Shown: positions 31,143 to 37,209 of the stretch, in pieces
Layout: each line of letters opens with the position of its first letter
How positions within the stretch are numbered: position 1 is the stretch's first letter
Assembly (NCBI GenBank): GCA_043750125.1
Contig: JAYVCD010000007.1
Span: 1-37,209, forward strand
DNA from: Archangiaceae bacterium
GTDB lineage: Bacteria; Myxococcota; Myxococcia; Myxococcales; Myxococcaceae
DNA length: 37,209 bases
Direction: 5' to 3'
The notes under the pieces: generated by a model
The model's database searches: none
What the model was told of the DNA's origin: nothing
The model's input: the letters and a program-made list of their open reading frames with translations, nothing else
Position numbers and translations under genes: made by a program

Positions 31143-32007
31143 CGGCCAGCCCCCGATGCAGCCGCGCGAGGGTGCGCAGGTAGGTGCATTCCTCTTCGTC
31201 CAGCGGGCCGAGGGCGAGGGCGGCGTCGAGGCTGTGAACCTGGGCGGGGCTGCGAAACGCACACAGCACTCCGTCGAGCTCGGGCCGGGTGAGGACGAAG
31301 CGGTAATGGTCGGTGACCTCGGGCCGCCAGGCATCTTCCGGCAACCGCAGCTGCAGACAGCGGGCGGGCGAGACGTAGTCGGTGGTGCTCTTGAAGTTGT
31401 AGTGCAGCGGCCGCAGGGCGGGGACTTTGGGAAAGAGGTCCTTCTCGGCGCCGGGGTGGGCGGGGTTGTAGCGGGTGTAGGCGATGTCGATCAGCCGGTG
31501 CTGCAGCGCCATCACCGCGGCCGGGCGATCATGGAAGGAAGCGCCCACCGCCCGAACCCCGGGGAGGTCGGTGAAATGTTCCTGGTAGCGGTTGACCCGC
31601 ACGTAGAACTCGTTCGCGTAGGTGCCTCCAATGACGGTGAGGTCGACGCGCTCGAGGCCAGGCACCGCTTCGATCAGCTCGATGAACGGCAGGTGCGCGA
31701 ACTCGAGTTGGGTCACGTACGAGACCGCGGCCACCACCACGTCGTCCCGCACCGAGGGCCCGCGCGCGAACAACGCCTTCAGACCTTCGCGCAGGGCGCT
31801 GTACAGCGGCCAGTGCATGTCGGCGGTGACGAAGAAGAAATTGATTCCCAGGTCGTAGGCGTCGAGCACCGTCTGAGGGCTGTCGACGATGCCCAGACAA
31901 AAGGGGCTCACCCGCAGGCCCTGCTCGCCCAGGACCTGACGGTCTTTCAGGCGGGGAAGCGTGGTCCGCGGGACGGGGGCGAGGGAGGGAACGGAAGGGG
32001 CGGTCAA
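31132..32007 (-). CDS. Atypical aldo-keto reductase-fold protein
   Basis: LGEQGLRVSPFCLG, AYDLGINFF, GASFHDR, RYNPAH, YRFVLTRP, ALGPLDEEE follow the AKR layout. Probable TTG start at 32007 overlaps the lanB stop. Confidence 0.75.
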   Translation of the reverse strand: MTAPSVPSLAPVPRTTLPRLKDRQVLGEQGLRVSPFCLGIVDSPQTVLDAYDLGINFFFVTADMHWPLYSALREGLKALFARGPSVRDDVVVAAVSYVTQLEFAHLPFIELIEAVPGLERVDLTVIGGTYANEFYVRVNRYQEHFTDLPGVRAVGASFHDRPAAVMALQHRLIDIAYTRYNPAHPGAEKDLFPKVPALRPLHYNFKSTTDYVSPARCLQLRLPEDAWRPEVTDHYRFVLTRPELDGVLCAFRSPAQVHSLDAALALGPLDEEECTYLRTLARLHRGLAVIP

Positions 32008-35000
32008 GGTGCGGGCCGGGCGCGAAGGGTGATCAGCCGACGAACCCAGAAGTCGAGGAGAGCCGCTTCGTTCGCGCGCTGCTCGGAACGCAACATCCGG
32101 TTGACGTGCATGTGGACCCACGAGCCAAGCACGCCCCCGAGTCTTCCGTCGAGTTGAAGCGCGGTCAGGCCCTTCCACAGCGGGACGCAGCGCTCGCGCC
32201 AGGCAACGAAGTGCGGGCGGCTGTTCTCGAGCTCGGGGGGCAGCTGCGCGCCGCCGGTCGCGGCCTCGAGCTTCTTTCGCAGCATGCGGTGTTCGGCAGA
32301 GATCCGGTCCAGCCCGGCGCTCTTGATTCCGAGCTCTTCGCGAAAGCCGTCGCGGGCCGCGGTCCACAGCTTCAGTTGTTCTTCGTGCGGCAACGCGAGG
32401 GACTGCAGCATCGTCGAGAGGGCGACCCACGCGGCCAGCCACCGCGCGTCCCCGTCTTGCTCGGTGGTGCTGACGACGCCCACCACCAGGTCGCTGTCGG
32501 CGCAGAAGAACTTTTCCGCCAGGGCCATGCCGGACGGGCCGCCGTAGCGCTCGATTTCGCGCTCGTAGGTGTCGATGCGAAAGCGCCGCACCAACCGCTG
32601 TTCGCTGGCCCGCTGGTAGACCGCGCAGACCCGGGGCAGCACTTCTTTGAGCAGCACCTGGGGATCGCCGGAAAAACGCACCCGCAGGTGGGTGTCGGGG
32701 TCCGCGTAGCGAAGGAAGAACCAACCGGAGATCAACCCGTCGGCGCGCAGCTGGGCGACCAGCGGACCCAGGTGCTCGACCAGCACCCGGTCGGCGTCGG
32801 TCACTCCGCCATACCACTGGGTGTAGAGCCAGCCGCTGCCGGGGGGGAAAGTGCGCTCGGCCGGTGGCACCTTCTCTCGCGCCAGCAACGGGCGGCGAGG
32901 GGCCGAGGCCGTCGAGCCCAGGGGGACGACGAACTCGTTGGTGTAGCCCCCGTTTGAATCGGTCACCCCGCTCTGGCCGGGAACGGGCAACAGCTCCTCG
33001 AAGACCGCCACCGGACGTCGCACCGCCGTCGAGAAGGTGGCCTCGACGCTCAGCGGGTTGTCGAGGTCGGTCGGAAGCAGATTGTCGAACTCGCTGAGCG
33101 CGATGAACCGCGGCCAACCCAGCTGGGCGCGCAGCGTCTGGACCGAAGTGAAGCGGGCCGAAGGGCTCAAATCCCGCAGCGGCTTGAGCCTCGGCTCGTC
33201 GACGGTCCAGCGGGCCGGGGCGAGGATCAACCCGTCGAGCACCAGCCGCGGAAGCACCGGGGTGGACCGCAGCGCCCCCCAGTCGAACACCCCGGGCAGC
33301 TCGGCCTGCCGCTCGACCGAGCTCAAGAAGCGATAGGCGGCCAGGTTGTCGGGTGAAGAGGTGTTGTGCATGTGGGTCAGCCGCGGAAGCACTTCCCGCC
33401 CCAGCGCAGCGCTTCGCAACACCACCCGGTCTCCCCGGACCGAGACCCGCAGGTCGTCCATCGGAATCTGGTTTTCAGCCCGCGCGCTCGAGCGGCTGAG
33501 GTAGACGATCTCGTGGGTGCCCAGCACCGGCCGATGCATGATGTTGCCGACCCGGTCGGGAGGAATGTGCGCCACTTCGGCGACGATCGCCTCGGGGTGC
33601 GCGGCGGCATCTTGCTGCGCGTACCCTTTGACCCAGTCGCTGAGCCGGGGGTCGAGATGACAAAATCGGCCAAACCAGGCCGAGGCGTTGTGTTCCCGAA
33701 AGCCTCCCAGCACCGCCCGGGGCTTTCCGTCTTCCGGGGCCAGCACGATCAACCGCAGCGAGGCGCCCCGGGGCAGGTGCACCGCAGGGCTCTGGGCCGC
33801 CAGCTTCGCAAGCGCCGCGCGGTCGAGGACAATCGCCCGGTCGCCCCGCTGCAGCGCCTCGCCGACGCGGAAGCGAAGGTAGCGTTCGAACGGGGTGTCG
33901 CGGGCCACCGGGGAAGTGTCGGGAAGCTCGCCGCGCATCAAGCGGGCCAGTCGCGAAGGAGTCGCCCCGCTTTGAGGAGCGTCAGGAAACCCGATGCCCG
34001 ACTCTTCATCGAGCGCCTCGAGCAGGGGAACTTCGGCCGCTTCGTAGCGGGCATTGAAGGCGCTCTTGAAGCCCTCGAGCGCGCGCCGCCGAGGCGAGAG
34101 CCGAACCAACAGCTCGCAGACGAAGACCGCCTGACTGACCATCCGCTCGGACAGCACCACCCCGTCTGCCGAGCGCGCGAGGTCGACGTGAAGAAATTGC
34201 CCCCGGCTGGGTTTCAGCGCGCCGACGGTGGCCGACTGCTCGAGCGCTTCGTAGAGCGCCGGCGAGTTCCCCAGCGCGCGGGCATCGATCGCGGCCGCTC
34301 CTTCGCTCAATTTTCGCAGCAGCGGGGCCGCCGGGTGATCCACCGCGGCGAGCTGTTCGGCCAGCTCGAGGGCGGCGTCGGAACCGGTGGCGGTCGGTTG
34401 AATGTGGGGCACCAGCAGCTGGGCGTCGATCAGCGAATCGAGCCAGGGCAGGGTGTTGCCTTTCGCGGCGCTGTCCGCGCCCGGCCAGAGGGCGTCGAAC
34501 AGGCCTTCGAGGGTGATGGGAGCGCGGGCGAAGTTCAGTGTCTTCTCGAGGTCGTCGTCGACCTCCACCGCCGCCAGCTGAGACAGGCGCAGCTCGTCGC
34601 GCATCACCGTCTGAACGAAACGAAACCGATCGCCGACCCGGTACAGGCTGGTGTTGGTCTGGTAGCGAAGCTTCCCGCGCCACTGGGGGTCGCTGCCGAT
34701 CGCGCTGCTCAGCTTCCAGAGGTAGTCCATGTCCAGCCGGGTGAGCCGCCAGAACTTGCGCTCGAAATGAAGGCTTTGGGTGGCGCCCACCGCGGCGAAC
34801 GAGACCGACGAGAAGAGGCCGAACGGAGTCGCGCGCCCCGCCATTCGAAACAGGTAGCGCACCAGCGCCGATTCGACGCGCTGGCCCTGTTCGCTCTGGG
34901 GCGCTTCGAGCCAGGCGGGCAGAGATCCATGCAGCTGCGGGGAAGCGACGTAGAGCGCTTCGTTGATCGCCGGGTCGCAAACCACCGCCCGTAGCTTCTG

Positions 35001-35111
35001 GCGAATCGCCTCGGGGGACGGCGCGTTCCAATGGATCAGCGAATCGAGCGGGAGAAGAGGCATTCGAACCACTGCGACGCCGGAGTGCCGCAGTCCGTCT
35101 TTCCAATCCAT
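32004..35111 (-). CDS. lanB: Class I lantibiotic dehydratase (glutamylation + elimination domains)
   Basis: 1035 aa. VVRMPLLP, RYLFRMAGRATPFGLFS, FGRFCH, NIMHRP. Elimination domain WLY, FFLRYADPDTHLRVRF, YEREIERYGG, VHMHVNR. Confidence 0.95.
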   Translation of the reverse strand: MDWKDGLRHSGVAVVRMPLLPLDSLIHWNAPSPEAIRQKLRAVVCDPAINEALYVASPQLHGSLPAWLEAPQSEQGQRVESALVRYLFRMAGRATPFGLFSSVSFAAVGATQSLHFERKFWRLTRLDMDYLWKLSSAIGSDPQWRGKLRYQTNTSLYRVGDRFRFVQTVMRDELRLSQLAAVEVDDDLEKTLNFARAPITLEGLFDALWPGADSAAKGNTLPWLDSLIDAQLLVPHIQPTATGSDAALELAEQLAAVDHPAAPLLRKLSEGAAAIDARALGNSPALYEALEQSATVGALKPSRGQFLHVDLARSADGVVLSERMVSQAVFVCELLVRLSPRRRALEGFKSAFNARYEAAEVPLLEALDEESGIGFPDAPQSGATPSRLARLMRGELPDTSPVARDTPFERYLRFRVGEALQRGDRAIVLDRAALAKLAAQSPAVHLPRGASLRLIVLAPEDGKPRAVLGGFREHNASAWFGRFCHLDPRLSDWVKGYAQQDAAAHPEAIVAEVAHIPPDRVGNIMHRPVLGTHEIVYLSRSSARAENQIPMDDLRVSVRGDRVVLRSAALGREVLPRLTHMHNTSSPDNLAAYRFLSSVERQAELPGVFDWGALRSTPVLPRLVLDGLILAPARWTVDEPRLKPLRDLSPSARFTSVQTLRAQLGWPRFIALSEFDNLLPTDLDNPLSVEATFSTAVRRPVAVFEELLPVPGQSGVTDSNGGYTNEFVVPLGSTASAPRRPLLAREKVPPAERTFPPGSGWLYTQWYGGVTDADRVLVEHLGPLVAQLRADGLISGWFFLRYADPDTHLRVRFSGDPQVLLKEVLPRVCAVYQRASEQRLVRRFRIDTYEREIERYGGPSGMALAEKFFCADSDLVVGVVSTTEQDGDARWLAAWVALSTMLQSLALPHEEQLKLWTAARDGFREELGIKSAGLDRISAEHRMLRKKLEAATGGAQLPPELENSRPHFVAWRERCVPLWKGLTALQLDGRLGGVLGSWVHMHVNRMLRSEQRANEAALLDFWVRRLITLRARPAP

Positions 35112-35227
35112 GAGCGGGATTGTGCGGCCCCCCGCGGGGAAGGAACACTTTTACGAGCGCGAGCTGGCTCATTTCGGGCGCACCACCCCAGTTTCGGGGA
35201 GGATGGCGTGTTTTTTTCGAGACCCGA

Positions 35228-37209
35228 ATGGCCAACGACGAGGACAAGACCCGAGCGCAAGATGACTTCGGCGAGGGTCGGGTTCTGGTCCCGATTGGGG
35301 AAGAAGAACCTTTGCCCACGTTGCCGGACCGGCTCGGGGAATACATTCTCAAAGAGCGGTTGGGCGAGGGCGGTCAGGGGATCATCTTTCGAGCGGTTCA
35401 GGATCTGCTCGGCCGCGAAGTGGTGGTCAAAATCCTCAGCACCCGGGGCTTGACCGAGGCCGGCCGCCAGCGGTTTCTGCGCGAGGCCCGGCTCGCCTCG
35501 CTGTTGGATCACCCCTTCGCCGCCCACGTGTACGGCTTTGGAGCCGAGCCCGACGGGACGCTGTGGATCGCGATGGAGCTGGTGCGCGGGCGCTCGCTGT
35601 CGAGCCTGCTGGTCGGCAAACGGCGAATGCCGCTGCATCGCTTCACTCCGCTGCTGTCCGGTCTGTGCGAGGTGATTCACACCGCCCACGAGCAGGGCAT
35701 CGTCCACCGGGACATCAAGCCGGCCAACGTGATGGTGATCAGCCGGGCGGGTCGCTTGATGCCCAAGCTGCTCGACCTGGGGGTGGCGAAGACCCAGGCC
35801 GACGAGGGGACCCCGGGCGAGAAGGCCAAAGACTCGTCCACCCCGCCCCGCGACCCGACGGAAATCACTCCGAAGGTGCCGATTTCTGCCTGGGACCCCT
35901 CGCCGGGAGTGGCTGCGCCGAGCGCGCCCACACCCCGGGGAACTCAAGAGGCCAAAGTCCCCACCACTCCGACCCCCGGACAGCTGTCTGCGGTGCCTTC
36001 GGACCGGACGGATCTCGATTTGACCGGCACTGGAATTGCGGTGGGGACCCCGCGCTACATGGCACCCGAGCAGTGGATTGGGAGCGCCGACCTCGATCGC
36101 CGAGCCGACATCTACGCGCTGGGAGTCCTGAGCTTCCAGTGCCTCACCGGCCAGCTTCCCTTCTCGGGGGCCAACGACACCGAGCTGATGAGGGCGCACC
36201 TGTTCAGTCCTCCGCCCTCGCTGCCCGGCGACTTTCCGGCCGAGCTCTCAGTGGTGCTCGCGCGGGCGATGGCGAAGAAGCCGGAAGACCGGTTCCAGAC
36301 GTCGCTGACGTTCTTCGCCGCGTTTGCCGAGGCGGCCGGAGCGTCCGACACCCAGAGCGTGCTGCCGCTGTTCGACGAGGTGGTGCGAGACGAGGTGATG
36401 GTCCAGGCCCCTCAGCCGATCGCCGAATCGCTGTCTGGGTTGGATGCCGCGCGCACGCTCGATGAAGGGTGGACCCGGCTGCATCGAACGCTGCACGCCC
36501 TGGTGCAGTACCTGGCGCTGCTGAGCCTCAGCGCGCGCGGAACGCTGGGCCCGCCTCCGGACAACGACGAGGCCCAGGTCAGGGCGCTGCTGCGGCGGCT
36601 GCGTGCCTCGGGCCTGTCGTCTGCCGACTGGTTGGATCTGACGATTGCGTTACTGGCACCGTGGCGCCAGAAGCCCGCGGGCTTCGTCCTGCCAGAGCTT
36701 TTGGCGTTGTTCTTTCAGCCCGACGAGAAGAACAGCGCCGCGGTGGCGACCTTCAAGGCCCTCACCCGGCCTCCGCCCACCCCGGACAAAAAATACTTCA
36801 CCGAAGCGCTCGAGAGCCTCAACGCGCTGCTGCGTCGGGCGGCGGTGCTGACCCAGTACACGCTCGCCCGCCGGCTGGGGGCCACGCTCGAGTCCTGGTC
36901 TGGAATCCGGCGCGCCACCCGCCCGGGCTGGCCGAACCAGGACGACGCGCTGACCCTGGGTGAATTCGTCCTCGTCGATGCGGCGCTGGTTCCGGTGTTG
37001 AAGTTGAGCCCGCTGCTGCAGGCGCTCGAGCCGACTCCGGGGCAGAGCGCCGAGCCGTTCATGTTGTCGCGCTGGGGTCGCCGGGGCGCGGTGTTGAGCG
37101 CGCAGCCGCGCGACTTCGAGCGCTACGACGAACACGTGGAAGGTTGGCTCGAGAAGGTATTTCCCGGGCTGTTCACCGAAGGGGTGACCCACGAAGTCGT
37201 CGAGAAGGC
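35228..37209 (+). CDS. Hanks-type Ser/Thr protein kinase, multidomain, runs off the window
   Basis: Translated by hand from ATG 35228: LGEGGQG, VVVK, HRDIKPAN, DLG, GTPRYMAPE, DIYALG. No stop seen before the window end, so it is absent from the ORF track. Confidence 0.92.
   Translation, partial: MANDEDKTRAQDDFGEGRVLVPIGEEEPLPTLPDRLGEYILKERLGEGGQGIIFRAVQDLLGREVVVKILSTRGLTEAGRQRFLREARLASLLDHPFAAHVYGFGAEPDGTLWIAMELVRGRSLSSLLVGKRRMPLHRFTPLLSGLCEVIHTAHEQGIVHRDIKPANVMVISRAGRLMPKLLDLGVAKTQADEGTPGEKAKDSSTPPRDPTEITPKVPISAWDPSPGVAAPSAPTPRGTQEAKVPTTPTPGQLSAVPSDRTDLDLTGTGIAVGTPRYMAPEQWIGSADLDRRADIYALGVLSFQCLTGQLPFSGANDTELMRAHLFSPPPSLPGDFPAELSVVLARAMAKKPEDRFQTSLTFFAAFAEAAGASDTQSVLPLFDEVVRDEVMVQAPQPIAESLSGLDAARTLDEGWTRLHRTLHALVQYLALLSLSARGTLGPPPDNDEAQVRALLRRLRASGLSSADWLDLTIALLAPWRQKPAGFVLPELLALFFQPDEKNSAAVATFKALTRPPPTPDKKYFTEALESLNALLRRAAVLTQYTLARRLGATLESWSGIRRATRPGWPNQDDALTLGEFVLVDAALVPVLKLSPLLQALEPTPGQSAEPFMLSRWGRRGAVLSAQPRDFERYDEHVEGWLEKVFPGLFTEGVTHEVVEK

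Noticed and set aside
32008-33117. N-terminal 370 aa of the 661-aa ORF 31132..33117
   Set aside because: Arg/Pro-rich alternate-frame read-through overlapping lanB. Only the part from ~32007 looks like a real protein.
32004-35111. LanB as a PEARL (peptide aminoacyl-tRNA ligase) or split thiopeptide dehydratase
   Set aside because: The elimination domain is fused and its motifs look intact. No YcaO or pyridine synthase is present.

Overview
GC-rich bacterial window whose gene content (sigma54 enhancer-binding proteins, Hanks-type kinase, Cys-rich lipoproteins, DUF4175/MoxR operon) suggests Myxococcota (inference). Left (1-16.2 kb): a PocR-like sensor kinase and a DUF4175 / HExxH peptidase-TPR / MoxR / DUF58 / BatA-vWA operon with a 1326-aa repeat lipoprotein inside it. 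That lipoprotein shares modules with two other lipoproteins in the window. Middle (16.2-24.5 kb): three decayed gene remnants, a pterin carbinolamine dehydratase, a disintegrin-like Cys-rich lipoprotein, and a small secreted Lys/Ala-rich protein with a sigma54 promoter divergent from a two-component system, followed by Maf. Right (24.7-37.2 kb), the best candidate for a new system: a RiPP-like locus of sigma54 activator, HlyD, C39-peptidase ABC transporter and TolC, converging on a two-gene unit of a full-length LanB dehydratase plus an atypical aldo-keto-reductase-fold protein, then a divergent Ser/Thr kinase. No LanC cyclase and no precursor peptide are visible in the window. All calls come from motif reading only; no searches were run.
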